From Pseudomonadota bacterium (GTDB taxonomy: Bacteria; Bdellovibrionota; Bdellovibrionia; Bdellovibrionales; Bdellovibrionaceae): a DNA stretch of 64,000 nucleotides. The stretch covers positions 96,001-160,000 of the forward strand of contig JBEGVH010000016.1 of the NCBI GenBank assembly GCA_041178425.1, read 5' to 3'. Under the pieces are notes generated by a model, which ran no database searches, was not told the DNA's origin, and saw only the letters and a program-made list of their open reading frames with translations. Of this stretch, positions 20,657-30,686 are shown in pieces (position 1 is the first letter of the stretch; each line of letters starts with the position of its first letter). A program made the translations under genes and the position numbers.

Positions 20657-23599
20657 ATGACCAAAACTATGCTTCAATTCTGGATCTTACTCGTTCTCTT
20701 ATTATCAAACGACGCCTTCGCTGTTGTCGATCCTAAAATAAGTTGGGAAACTATGGCCACTCCCCACTTTGAAATTATATTCGACGCTCGGCACTATCAA
20801 ACAGCAAGAAAGTATGCCCTCCGCCTCGAATTTAACTATAAATTGTTGAGTTCTTACTTTCAAGAAGCCCCTCAAAAGACCATCGTTATCATTAACGACA
20901 GCACCGATCTCGCCAATGGCTATGCCACTCATATCCCCTACCCCCACATGATGATTTATCCCGTTCTGCCTAGCGCTCACGAGAGTATTTCAGAGTATGC
21001 TGATTGGCCGCAGGAACTTACTCTTCATGAGTACACTCACATTCTTAATTTTCAACCAGCGCACGGATTCATGGGCTTTCTAAGGAGCACAATGGGGAGT
21101 ATCATCAGCCCCACCATGCTTCTTCCCCGATGGTGGCATGAAGGAATGGCAGTCGAAATGGAAACTAGATTCTCCAGTCATGGTCGGTTAAGATCAATCT
21201 ACCAAGAAGCCACCCTTCGTGCTCTTGCCGACAAAAACCAACTATTAAATTACTCTATTGCAGATATTAATGAATCAGACCTCGATAGCTGGCCAAGAGG
21301 GGCTCGGCCCTATCTTTTCGGGTCTTTATTATTTAGCGAAATACAGTCAATTCGAGGGGGCACGATTTCAAATACCCTTCTGCAAAGATACTCCTCTCGC
21401 CTCCCTTACGTCATTAATCCACCCATCAAAGATGAATTAGGATCCGATTTTGAGGGGCTTTTAAAACTGGCATTATCCAATGTTTCGCTAAAGATTGAAA
21501 AACAACTGGATCAAATCAAACAAGAAAAAATTACCGAATTAACTCCCGTCGACGAGGCGTTTCTAGAAAGCCACGACCCTCGCATTAGTCCGAATGGACG
21601 CTTTCTTACGTTTATCGCAAAAAATAAATGGGGTAGAAGCTCAATTCAAATCTATGATCGCCATGAAGACGTTCGACCTTTCGACCCCAAAAAAGATTCT
21701 TTTTCTCAATTTATCAGCATTGATAACAAATCAGATAGCAGCGATAAAGACTCTCCACCCTCTGGAAATATCAATAGAATAGCATGGCTCCCCGATTCAA
21801 CAGGCTTTATCTTCGACCAAGTTCGACTGATTGACCCCTACTCTAATTATAGTGACTTATTTTTATTTGATTTAAACAAACAGAAAAGTCAGCGTCTAAC
21901 GACCGGACTGAGACTTCGGGAGCCAGATCTCTCTGTTGACGGAACCTTAATTGCGGCCATTCAATTAGAGCAATCCGATACTCGTCTCGTTACTCTCGGC
22001 CGCCAAGGAGATAACTTAAAGATTGTTTATACACCTGAATCTTTTCATAAAATTTCAAATCCCTTATTTATCAATAGTGAGGATCTCCTTTTTACTGAAA
22101 GAAATTCTCAAGGCCAAGTCTCATTAAAAAAGCTATCTCTGCTAACCCAGAAGATTGAAGTTCTTCCGATCAAGAATCTTTCCCAACCAGATTCACTGAA
22201 CTGGACTTCCCTGGGAATTCTCTTTGTAGCCCGAGAAAATGGGTTGCAAAATGTCTATATCACCAAAGATCTCTTCAAAACAACTCAACGATTAACTCAT
22301 ACGAAAACCGCCGCATTTGATGGTGTTTTAGATCCGCGACTTGCTCTCCTCTACTCCACACAGATGTCGAGTAGAGGCTTATTGGTGACCCAAAATAAAT
22401 TTAATATCGGCACTGAAAGCAATCCCCCCTCAGCTATTGAACCTCTCTTTAAAGACCGCTATTCGAAAGTATCTGAAAGCTCCGTCCCCAGCAGCGAACA
22501 ATTTCAAAGTAATTCAAATATTTTTTTAGAAAAAGAATTTGGCTCTACTATTGAAGGCAAAAAAGAGTATTCGAGTCTCAACTACCTTCGTCCCCGCTAC
22601 TGGCTTCCCTTTGCTTTTTTTAGTGGAACTGGCTATGGTACGCAAATATCCACCTCCACCAACGACCCCCTCGAAAAACACACCTATTCGCTTCAAGCTG
22701 GCTATGACTCCTTCGTCAACGAGTCCAGTATTGGGATTACCTATGTCAATGCGACAAGCCGATGGCCCTTTTCGTTGGGATTTGCTGCTCAAGAACGAAA
22801 TCAACCTGGCCTTAGATTTCAATATAGCGCAAAACAATTTAACTATATGACTTATCGCGATCTCAGGCCAACGAATGACAACATTACAGTAGGCTTCGGA
22901 TTTAACGGACGCGAAACTTCAACAACCAGCACAGTAAACCGTTTTGGACCCCAATTCATCTTTCAATACGACGGTTCAGCTAAAACAGCGTTCTCGGCTG
23001 TTCCCTTCGCCGGATGGAATGCTGCGATTTTTGGTAATCATTATTTCAAAACCCAAAAATTATCGAATTTAACACGTGGTATTTTAGGCGCTACCTATTT
23101 TTACTCGGAACATCTTCCCGATCGGCAAGTGGCCATAGCCCATGTGATTGCTCAACAAATGAGTGGAGAAAGAAGAACCGAAGATCTCGCCCCAAGCGAT
23201 AACTTTCAGCTTTCGCAGGATTTTACCTCACCTCGTTTTGTTCTCAGAGGTTATAACCTTGGATACTTCTACTTTTGGCACGCCCGCAATATGACCTTGG
23301 AATATCACATCCCCTTTGCTCTTCAACGTGGATGGGGAACCATGCCGGCCTTCCTTAAGCGCACAAAGATCAGCCTGTTTTCTGATTTCTTAGCAGCAGA
23401 AGGTTATGTCACAGATTATGTAAATGCAAAATACCAACGTACTTACCTAAATAAAATTTACTCAAGCTATGGAATTGAGCTCAAAGGGGATCTAACATTG
23501 GGATATTACTTTCCGGTGACAGCATTTTTTGGAATTTACCAACGCCCCGACTATTCTGGACCAGATAAAACAAGCTCCTTTATTGGCATTCAAATCTAA
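20657..23599 (+). CDS. Omp85-like outer-membrane protein with N-terminal HExxH peptidase-like domain and TolB-like beta-propeller
   Basis: Signal peptide; HEYTH...PRWWHEGMAV; PD40-like ISPNGRFLTF and LSVDGTLIA; LRGY barrel motif; amphipathic C-terminal strands. Confidence 0.75.
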   Translation: MTKTMLQFWILLVLLLSNDAFAVVDPKISWETMATPHFEIIFDARHYQTARKYALRLEFNYKLLSSYFQEAPQKTIVIINDSTDLANGYATHIPYPHMMIYPVLPSAHESISEYADWPQELTLHEYTHILNFQPAHGFMGFLRSTMGSIISPTMLLPRWWHEGMAVEMETRFSSHGRLRSIYQEATLRALADKNQLLNYSIADINESDLDSWPRGARPYLFGSLLFSEIQSIRGGTISNTLLQRYSSRLPYVINPPIKDELGSDFEGLLKLALSNVSLKIEKQLDQIKQEKITELTPVDEAFLESHDPRISPNGRFLTFIAKNKWGRSSIQIYDRHEDVRPFDPKKDSFSQFISIDNKSDSSDKDSPPSGNINRIAWLPDSTGFIFDQVRLIDPYSNYSDLFLFDLNKQKSQRLTTGLRLREPDLSVDGTLIAAIQLEQSDTRLVTLGRQGDNLKIVYTPESFHKISNPLFINSEDLLFTERNSQGQVSLKKLSLLTQKIEVLPIKNLSQPDSLNWTSLGILFVARENGLQNVYITKDLFKTTQRLTHTKTAAFDGVLDPRLALLYSTQMSSRGLLVTQNKFNIGTESNPPSAIEPLFKDRYSKVSESSVPSSEQFQSNSNIFLEKEFGSTIEGKKEYSSLNYLRPRYWLPFAFFSGTGYGTQISTSTNDPLEKHTYSLQAGYDSFVNESSIGITYVNATSRWPFSLGFAAQERNQPGLRFQYSAKQFNYMTYRDLRPTNDNITVGFGFNGRETSTTSTVNRFGPQFIFQYDGSAKTAFSAVPFAGWNAAIFGNHYFKTQKLSNLTRGILGATYFYSEHLPDRQVAIAHVIAQQMSGERRTEDLAPSDNFQLSQDFTSPRFVLRGYNLGYFYFWHARNMTLEYHIPFALQRGWGTMPAFLKRTKISLFSDFLAAEGYVTDYVNAKYQRTYLNKIYSSYGIELKGDLTLGYYFPVTAFFGIYQRPDYSGPDKTSSFIGIQI

Positions 23600-23665
23600 A
23601 AATGCTTAAATTGAGTAAGCCGCGAAAAACGGCTTCAAAGATTGATCCATGGAAGGAGTCATTCA

Positions 23666-24211
23666 ATGGAAGAAAATTTAGATTGGATTCACGACCTGGT
23701 TAAAGCCGAACAGCAAATGGAAGAAACTGGGGTTATCGATTTTGGCTCGAACCTCGACCCAGAGCGCCTTATGGTCGGAGCGGCACTCACCTTCCTTGCT
23801 GAACTACGAGCAGGCTTCAATGAAGCTTTAGACGTTTTTAATAAATTGAAAACTTCTAATAACGGTAAGGTAAAAATATACGGAATTGCTAAAACCCATG
23901 CTGATTTTATGCTCTTTAGGAATGGCTTCAAACTGGTTTTTAACCTCAAACAGCCTGGTGTGATTTCTGTAAGAACTCACTTCATTAATCCCTCAATTCC
24001 AACTGTGAGCTCTATGAATTTTATTGGTAATGCCGACCAGCAGATCATGAGCACCCTTCAGTTCCGCGGTGATGAAGACCTTCTCGAAATGGCCCTAGGA
24101 GCCTTCAATGAGCCGACTTGGACTTTCAAGGGCCAGGCCATAAAAACTGAAAGTGCGATTAAGTATTATCTTACAAAGTTTCTTCAAGACACAGCCAACC
24201 CGGGATACTAG
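23666..24211 (+). CDS. conserved hypothetical protein
   Basis: AAGGAG RBS before ATG 23666; 181 aa. Confidence 0.7.
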   Translation: MEENLDWIHDLVKAEQQMEETGVIDFGSNLDPERLMVGAALTFLAELRAGFNEALDVFNKLKTSNNGKVKIYGIAKTHADFMLFRNGFKLVFNLKQPGVISVRTHFINPSIPTVSSMNFIGNADQQIMSTLQFRGDEDLLEMALGAFNEPTWTFKGQAIKTESAIKYYLTKFLQDTANPGY

Positions 24212-24227
24212 AAGTTGATTTGATTAT

Positions 24228-24842
24228 CTATTGTTGGGTTGAGGTCGAAGGAGTTAGCAGATCCTCAAGAAAAAAGACTGCTAGCTCGGATCGCCCGCCT
24301 AAGCCTGATTTATTATATATCACTGTGGCCTGAGCTCTCACTGTTTTTTCAGCCACACCACGAATAGAGGCAATTTCTTTTAAACCAAGTCCCTTGAGCA
24401 GCAAAAGCGCCACTTCTTTTTCCGCAACCGAAAGCGACCATCGTTCAAACTGACGATCAATGCTTTCGGAAAGTCCCTTTGTAAATTTCTGAGTCTCAGC
24501 TCTCCATCTATGACTTTCATTTTCTATTTTTTGTTTTTGAGCTTCCGAAACTTTCAGGGCCTCTTGAGCTTCGTTGAGTTGATTTTGAACAGAATCCAGC
24601 AATCTCGTTTTATCCGAAAGATTAGCCTGCGTGTCGGCCAAGTCGATTCGAGTTTTTGCAGATAAAACGTAGAAAAAGACAATTCCTAAAAAGGAGAACA
24701 ACCCAATACCCACTTCTAAGGTTAAATGCAGACCATTGAGCTGCTCCCTAGAATCTGAAAGCAAATCTCCAACGACAAACAGAAACACTCCACAAAGGAG
24801 AAAAATAATTATCCAGCGTTCTCTATCGATGTTCCCATTCAT
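24228..24842 (-). CDS. membrane-anchored LuxR-family HTH regulator
   Basis: Two N-terminal TMs, coiled coil, LSVAEKEVALLLLKGLGLKEIASIRGVAEKTVR...IYNKSG. Confidence 0.88.
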   Translation of the reverse strand: MNGNIDRERWIIIFLLCGVFLFVVGDLLSDSREQLNGLHLTLEVGIGLFSFLGIVFFYVLSAKTRIDLADTQANLSDKTRLLDSVQNQLNEAQEALKVSEAQKQKIENESHRWRAETQKFTKGLSESIDRQFERWSLSVAEKEVALLLLKGLGLKEIASIRGVAEKTVRAQATVIYNKSGLGGRSELAVFFLEDLLTPSTSTQQ

Positions 24843-24865
24843 ATTTTTACATACCTACCGGGAGA

Positions 24866-25633
24866 TTAGTCTTTGTCCTCATTCGGGCCCTCGTCTTGGT
24901 CCTCGTGCTCTACCTCTTTTTCGGAAGGAGTTTCACCCTGCTCTTCACCCTCTTCGGCCTCAGCTTCTCCTATCTGGAAAGACCATTGGGTGCCGGGCGC
25001 AGTAAAGAGTGCTGATTCGCGATTGAACCCTGCAATAAAATAGATCCAAGGACCCAACACTAAAACCAGCATCACTAAAGCAGAAAAAGGAGATGAGGTC
25101 GATATAGCTTCGGTCGTCTTCGCTTTTTTGTAGCCAGTAATCATACTCAACACATAATTCTCATTATGCATTTTCATAGCGAGAATCACTCCCGTCACAT
25201 GAACGACGACCAAGCCCATCACCAAAATAGGAAGAGATTCATGAATCTCTTCAAACAACTCTGATTGAGCATTGAGAATACCGCTGATCACGCTAAGAGC
25301 GACACCCGCCAAAATAAGGAGGACCACGATCGAACCTCCTGGATTATGACCAGCATAATAGGCTCCGCGTCCCTTAAAGACTTCGGTAAAGTATTTTGCA
25401 ATAGAAGTAGGAGAAAAGAATAACTCACTCCAACGGGCATGCTTGCTACCGATGAGTCCCCATATGATTCTCCACACAATAAGTAGCCCAGCCAAAACAC
25501 CAAAAACCACATGCATATAGAATAACGGAGTTTCCTTCTCAATAAATTGAGCGATGCCAAAGGCTAGAACCACTGAGCCCGCAAGGAGCCAATGAAAAAG
25601 TCGAATTGGCAGATCCCAAATTAAGAGTTTCAT
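24866..25633 (-). CDS. cytochrome b (Ni/Fe-hydrogenase-type b subunit family)
   Basis: WDLPIRLFHW, HVVFG, RIIWG, GHNP, EIHE, VHV heme ligands; acidic C-tail. Confidence 0.88.
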   Translation of the reverse strand: MKLLIWDLPIRLFHWLLAGSVVLAFGIAQFIEKETPLFYMHVVFGVLAGLLIVWRIIWGLIGSKHARWSELFFSPTSIAKYFTEVFKGRGAYYAGHNPGGSIVVLLILAGVALSVISGILNAQSELFEEIHESLPILVMGLVVVHVTGVILAMKMHNENYVLSMITGYKKAKTTEAISTSSPFSALVMLVLVLGPWIYFIAGFNRESALFTAPGTQWSFQIGEAEAEEGEEQGETPSEKEVEHEDQDEGPNEDKD

Positions 25634-25659
25634 TCTTGTTCTCCTACTTAGTTTTACCC

Positions 25660-25917
25660 TTAGTCTTTTTCTACGATTGAGGCATCAACCGGGTTAAAGT
25701 AGATCTCAACGTTTTTACCATCCTTGTCGGTGCCATAAATTTCATAACAAGTCCCCGGCTTTTTGAATTTTTTAATTTTGTAACCCTGCTCTTCTACTTT
25801 CTTTTTGAAAGTCTCTTCCGTCATCCATTTGTCTTTGGGCTGGTCAGTGCAATTTTTCTTTGCATAAGCTGTTGTTACAAAACCAGACATTAAAAGCGCT
25901 ACGATTACGTGTTTCAT
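25660..25917 (-). CDS. periplasmic PepSY-domain protein
   Basis: Signal peptide, CT..P...W...GY.I.K....CYEIYG..KDG..VEIYFNP; AGGAGG RBS. Confidence 0.85.
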   Translation of the reverse strand: MKHVIVALLMSGFVTTAYAKKNCTDQPKDKWMTEETFKKKVEEQGYKIKKFKKPGTCYEIYGTDKDGKNVEIYFNPVDASIVEKD

Positions 25918-26017
25918 AGTAACCTCCTGTAAACTCACGATCGCACTTTTTTTATTTATACGGTAGTGGATCTAAGCTACATTAATAAGATATCAATATT
26001 ATTGGGATTTATTGGCA

Positions 26018-26039
26018 CGCTAGGGCAAATGCCCTAGCG
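26018..26039. promoter_or_regulatory. 22-bp palindrome, candidate LuxR-type binding site
   Basis: CGCTAGGGCA-AA-TGCCCTAGCG, about 100 bp upstream of PepSY; no U-tract on the transcribed strand. Confidence 0.45.
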
Positions 26040-26933
26040 AGGCATTTCTATGCGAGGGAATACGACCGGCCGGATTCCCATGTCTTTGGCTTTTTTGCCA
26101 AGGGCCCCCTGAGCTAACTGGTTGGCTTGCTGTTCTGCCGCCTGGGTTTGTATAACCGGTATTTTATTATTAGGGCCGACAACCACGGGTGCGACATTAA
26201 ACGCCTCCGTCTTTTTATTCTCGATGAAGGCGTCGAAACCTGACTCTTCATCAGATGTTTCAATGTCTGCATCATCAACCTCAAAGCTCATTGGTTTTTG
26301 CTTAAGAATTTGCTCTAAAGGGCGTAACGGCGATCTCATTTTAAGGCCGACCGATGCATTGAGCTTTTTCTTTTCAAATAAGCTTGATTTAGTCATTGGA
26401 TCTTTATTCAGTTCTGCTTTTAGCCACTCAGGCATTTGAGAGGTATCAAAACTCAAACGGTCTGAATTGACTTTGACGATGAATTCAATTTGAGATTTTG
26501 GAAGATCAACGACCTCTGCAATCTCGTCGGCCTCTCGCCCTTCATTGGCCATTAGAGCTGCCTTTACGAATTTGACGGTATTTTGGCGTTCGATGATCTC
26601 TTCATGAGGAATCTTATCCTGAAAAATCTGTGCGACTTCGATTGATTTTTTCATAGAGCGAGAAATCTTATTGAGGACATCATCAGCCTCGTCGATTTTT
26701 CTTTGTAGATCCGCAACTTTATCTTCCATCATGATTGTTAGCTGCCGCACTTGCTCTTCTGTTCGGTCACTCAGATCTTCGATTACCGCAATTTTACTTT
26801 GGAGAAGCTGAAGCCCTCGGCTCCACTTGGTATCATCATCCAAACTACGTTTCATTTTTGTCCAAACAAATATTAGAGCAGCAAAGAAGAATAATTGAAT
26901 TAAGCTGAGAATTAAGATTCCAACGATTCCCAA
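26034..26933 (-). CDS. single-TM coiled-coil protein (DUF2802-like)
   Basis: TM, coiled coil, HTH-like AALMANEG..DEIAEVVDLPKSQIEFI; GGAGG RBS before TTG. Confidence 0.7.
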   Translation of the reverse strand: MGIVGILILSLIQLFFFAALIFVWTKMKRSLDDDTKWSRGLQLLQSKIAVIEDLSDRTEEQVRQLTIMMEDKVADLQRKIDEADDVLNKISRSMKKSIEVAQIFQDKIPHEEIIERQNTVKFVKAALMANEGREADEIAEVVDLPKSQIEFIVKVNSDRLSFDTSQMPEWLKAELNKDPMTKSSLFEKKKLNASVGLKMRSPLRPLEQILKQKPMSFEVDDADIETSDEESGFDAFIENKKTEAFNVAPVVVGPNNKIPVIQTQAAEQQANQLAQGALGKKAKDMGIRPVVFPRIEMPR

Positions 26934-27083
26934 TCAAGCCTCCTGCTCGAACGAAAATAAACTCCTTCTAGTGTTTCAATTCTACTTTCAGCCGACTAGT
27001 CCATTTCAAAAAAGCCAGACCCAAGACTAGTCAACTTTTCGCTATTGATTCTGTTATTGAGGTAAGAAAAAATTAAAACTTAT

Positions 27084-28871
27084 TTATTTCACCCAAACTC
27101 TATGAAGAGTATTGTTACTGCTGCTATTGGCGTAATCATCACACTCCCAACGGCTGCCTCCGCCGCGAATTCCCCAGTGATTGGCGTTACCCTTATAGAA
27201 TGTAAAGTTTGTCATGGCATCATTGCCCTGGGCGGAATAGAAACCATCCAAACCGGGTGGGGTAACCGCCGTATGCCCAGTCAATACTGTATAGCTAGTA
27301 TTAATATTGCCGCAAGTTTGACCGGTGCCGGTTTTCAAATATGTCATACAATTCGCATCTGACGTTTTGAAATGCAATATGCGATTATGTCCTGACGTCT
27401 GACAATAAAAACGTACCGATGAAAATAACATACTATTTAGAAGAGATGGCGCCACGTGCCCCCAATTATTCGCGCTAGAGGACTCATCTGTACCTAGAGA
27501 ACTTGATCCCAAGCGAGGAAAACTCGAAGTTCGCGGATTTGTAGCCGGGTTTGTTGATCCTAAGTGAAGATAATTGAGCACTAGAGTCCAACCACCTCCA
27601 TCTGTCGTTTGGTCACAATAGACAAGAAGACTCCCAACGCCGCTGAGGCTAATCATATAGAGACCACTTGTAGTAAATCCTTTGGCTCGCCAATCGGCAC
27701 AGGAACTCGGGACCTCACTGTATTTTATAATTACAGCACCAGACCCTCCCGCAGAACCGCCAGAGCCAGACCAGCGCGACCCACCTCCTCCACCGCCGGT
27801 TCCGGCAACTCCAGCCGTAGCGTCGAGTCCAAGTCCACCGTCGATGCCGCCGTTACCGCCACCTCCAGTTCCACCTTTTCCGTTGAGTGTTAGAGTTGTA
27901 TCTTGATAAATTTGTCCGCCGCCGCCGCCACCAAACCAACCAGACGCTCCGTAAGAAGTTCCAAATCTCGCGCTCAAGTTAACGCCAACGCCACCATCTC
28001 CTCCACCATCGGAACCTCTTCCACTGGTACCAACTTTGTAGTTTCCACCAACTCCACCAGCTCCTCCACCTCCCGCTGAAGCATGGGTCGGCTCAGACCC
28101 ATTCGTATTTGGCTTTCCTGTGCCTCCTGCCTTTCCGTAAGTCTGAACTCCTGAGTAGGTTGCTTGCGTGCTACCTCCTCCACTGGCAGCAGTACCCGTG
28201 TTCGAATGAGATCCGCCCCCCCCACTTCCACCGCTACTTCCGGCCTGACCGCCGTAGGAGCTTCCGGAGCCGAGTCTCGATCCCCCTCCTCCACCACCCT
28301 TGGCGGTATAGCTATTAAAAACTGAATCGCCACCATTATTGCCATTGGCTCCAATCGTGTTGGACCCACTGCCACCGCCGCCCACCGTGACCGAGTAGGC
28401 TTGAGTAGCGACGGTAATCGATGGACCATAGACTACGCCACCACCACCACCGCCGCCTCCGAAGTGGCCACCACCACCACCACCAGCAACAATAAGTACC
28501 TCAACTGCACCTGGCCCTGAAGAAACCGTGAATGTCCCATTGCTACTAAAGTAATGATATTTATAACCACTAGAGCTTGCCGTTGCCCCTCCCGTTGCTG
28601 TGAAGCAACTAGATAGCGATACTCCCGATGGCGGATTATTCTGAAAGGCCGTCCATTCTGCTGCCGTTGCCGTAGGAATAAAGAGTGCGAGTCCAGACGT
28701 ATGATAGTTGCTGACAACGCGACAAGCGCTGTGTTCGGTGATTTGCATCACCGAGGATGGCTCCATTTGATAAGAACTAGCCGATTTTGTTTCAGTAGAT
28801 GCAATTTGTAAAATGATGTTAAGAGCAAAGATTAGAACTTTTCGAAATTTAAACAAAGCTTGTTTGTTCAT
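27084..28871 (-). CDS. secreted glycine-rich protein with fibrinogen C-terminal-like domain
   Basis: Poly-Gly tracts; SCADW...SGLYMI...YCDQTTDGGGWTLV; start chosen at MNKQ (28934 alternative). Confidence 0.8.
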   Translation of the reverse strand: MNKQALFKFRKVLIFALNIILQIASTETKSASSYQMEPSSVMQITEHSACRVVSNYHTSGLALFIPTATAAEWTAFQNNPPSGVSLSSCFTATGGATASSSGYKYHYFSSNGTFTVSSGPGAVEVLIVAGGGGGGHFGGGGGGGGVVYGPSITVATQAYSVTVGGGGSGSNTIGANGNNGGDSVFNSYTAKGGGGGGSRLGSGSSYGGQAGSSGGSGGGGSHSNTGTAASGGGSTQATYSGVQTYGKAGGTGKPNTNGSEPTHASAGGGGAGGVGGNYKVGTSGRGSDGGGDGGVGVNLSARFGTSYGASGWFGGGGGGQIYQDTTLTLNGKGGTGGGGNGGIDGGLGLDATAGVAGTGGGGGGSRWSGSGGSAGGSGAVIIKYSEVPSSCADWRAKGFTTSGLYMISLSGVGSLLVYCDQTTDGGGWTLVLNYLHLGSTNPATNPRTSSFPRLGSSSLGTDESSSANNWGHVAPSLLNSMLFSSVRFYCQTSGHNRILHFKTSDANCMTYLKTGTGQTCGNINTSYTVLTGHTAVTPPGLDGFYSAQGNDAMTNFTFYKGNANHWGIRGGGSRWECDDYANSSSNNTLHRVWVK

Positions 28872-28966
28872 TTTTTTCACCATTTTTATCGATTTTCTTT
28901 CCGCTACAAAATTAAAGCAAGTTTTTATATCCATTGTTGATTTTAGCTAGATACCTTCAAAAATTC

Positions 28967-28999
28967 AAAAAAAAGGCCTCGGGAATTGCCCGAGGCCTT
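28967..28999 (-). terminator. intrinsic terminator of recA
   Basis: AAGGCCTCGGG-CAATT-CCCGAGGCCTT followed by a T-run on the minus strand. Confidence 0.9.
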
Positions 29000-29028
29000 C
29001 TATCTTTTGTAACCTTTCAGAACTCAGC

Positions 29029-30135
29029 CTAATGCTTAGCAGCCTTTTTAGCTTTTTTTGCAGTGGCTGTTGCTTCTTCGTCCATCTCAGAGGCGTCATC
29101 GGTATTATTGTTTTCGTTAGAGATCAATAATTGACCAATTCCTTTTGAAGCCAAGATTTTCTCACGAAGATCTTTCATGATTTCTGGGTGCTGATGAAGG
29201 AACGTCTTCGCCTGATCACGGCCTTGTCCCATTCTCTCTCCATTGTAGCTAAACCATGCACCTGATTTATCAACCAAGTTAGCTGCTACAGCGAGATCAA
29301 GAACATCGCCTTCTGCTGAAATTCCCTCACCATACATTAAGTCGAACTCAACCTTCGCAAATGGTGGCGCCATCTTGTTCTTAACCACTTTAACCGCTGT
29401 ACGGTTTCCGACCACATCTTCACCCTGTTTAATAGAACCAACACGGCGAACATCCAAACGAACAGACGCATAAAACTTTAGTGCATTACCACCTGTGGTT
29501 GTTTCAGGATTACCGAACATAACACCAATTTTCATACGAATTTGGTTGATGAAAATAACCAAAGTTTTGCTGCGGTTGATAGCCGCTGTCAGCTTTCGTA
29601 ATGCCTGAGACATCAAGCGAGCTTGTAAGCCCATATGGCTATCGCCCATATCACCTTCAAGTTCGGCTCTAGGAACCAATGCCGCCACGGAGTCTACAAC
29701 TAGAACATCCACAGCTCCTGATCGAACAAGTGTTTCAGTAATTTCTAAAGCTTGCTCCCCAGTGTCTGGTTGAGAGATCAACAGATCTTCTGTGTTTACT
29801 CCTAGTTTGCGAGCATACGAAACATCGAGAGCATGTTCAGCATCAACAAAGGCAACAACGCCACCCTTTTTCTGAGCTTCTGCAATGGCAGACAATGCGA
29901 GAGTGGTTTTACCTGAGCTCTCCGGACCATAAATCTCCACGATACGACCACGAGGCAAGCCGCCAATACCCAAACCAACATCAAGACTCAAAGAACCTGT
30001 GCTGATAACATCGACGTCTTTCACCAAGGTTTCATTGGTGCCTAAACGCATGATAGACCCTTTACCAAACTGCTTCTCAATCGTAGAAACTGCGAGATCC
30101 AAAGCCTTGGATCTTTCATTATTTAAAGTAGACAT
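29029..30135 (-). CDS. recA: recombinase A
   Basis: [46 protein letters not shown]. Confidence 0.99.
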   Translation of the reverse strand: MSTLNNERSKALDLAVSTIEKQFGKGSIMRLGTNETLVKDVDVISTGSLSLDVGLGIGGLPRGRIVEIYGPESSGKTTLALSAIAEAQKKGGVVAFVDAEHALDVSYARKLGVNTEDLLISQPDTGEQALEITETLVRSGAVDVLVVDSVAALVPRAELEGDMGDSHMGLQARLMSQALRKLTAAINRSKTLVIFINQIRMKIGVMFGNPETTTGGNALKFYASVRLDVRRVGSIKQGEDVVGNRTAVKVVKNKMAPPFAKVEFDLMYGEGISAEGDVLDLAVAANLVDKSGAWFSYNGERMGQGRDQAKTFLHQHPEIMKDLREKILASKGIGQLLISNENNNTDDASEMDEEATATAKKAKKAAKH

Positions 30136-30159
30136 ATTTTTCTCCTTTTTAAAACTTGA

Positions 30160-30648
30160 TTAAATCTTTTGAAGATGTTCGATCATTAGCTCCAAAGCTC
30201 TTTCACAACTTTGAGACTGAATCTCTGAGCGATCTCCGTTTAATTGTAATTTCTCAACCACTTCAAAACCCGGACCACCTACCGCAACAAACACAAGGCC
30301 CACTGGCTTCTCTGACGTTCCGCCGGTCGGACCGGCGATTCCGGTTATCGCCGCGGCCACATCGACCTTTAATATTTTTCGAACACCTACCAGCATTTCC
30401 TTTGCTGTCGGGGCGCTCACGGCTCCGTGATTCTCTAACGTACTTTGCTGAACCTGCAAGACTTCATGCTTAACGGCATTAGAATAACTAACAACAGACC
30501 CCATAAAATACTGCGACACGCCAGAAAAATGCGTAATCCAAGATGATAAAAGGCCTCCCGTACAACTTTCAGCAAAACCACAACAGAGGTTCTTTTGACG
30601 CAACAAATCAATAAATCTAATTAGCAACTTTTCTCTATTATCCGACAT
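30160..30648 (-). CDS. CinA C-terminal / NMN deamidase (PncC-like)
   Basis: AESCTGG, YSN..K, GAVS, ITGIAGPTGG..KPVG. Confidence 0.9.
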   Translation of the reverse strand: MSDNREKLLIRFIDLLRQKNLCCGFAESCTGGLLSSWITHFSGVSQYFMGSVVSYSNAVKHEVLQVQQSTLENHGAVSAPTAKEMLVGVRKILKVDVAAAITGIAGPTGGTSEKPVGLVFVAVGGPGFEVVEKLQLNGDRSEIQSQSCERALELMIEHLQKI

Positions 30649-30686
30649 AGGAAATTCCTCAGCAGTTTAACACAAAATGAATTTAA

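Noticed and set aside
26012..26027. TTGGCACG sigma54-like sites here and at 20634 and 49740
   Set aside because: GG-to-GC spacing is 9, not the required 10
27084..27400. Possible DGR target in the fibrinogen-like C-terminus
   Set aside because: No reverse transcriptase and no template-repeat copy in the window
27682..28717. Pro-rich and Val-rich alternative ORFs, plus other shadow ORFs across the window
   Set aside because: Antisense or frame-shifted shadows of real genes (here the poly-Gly codons)
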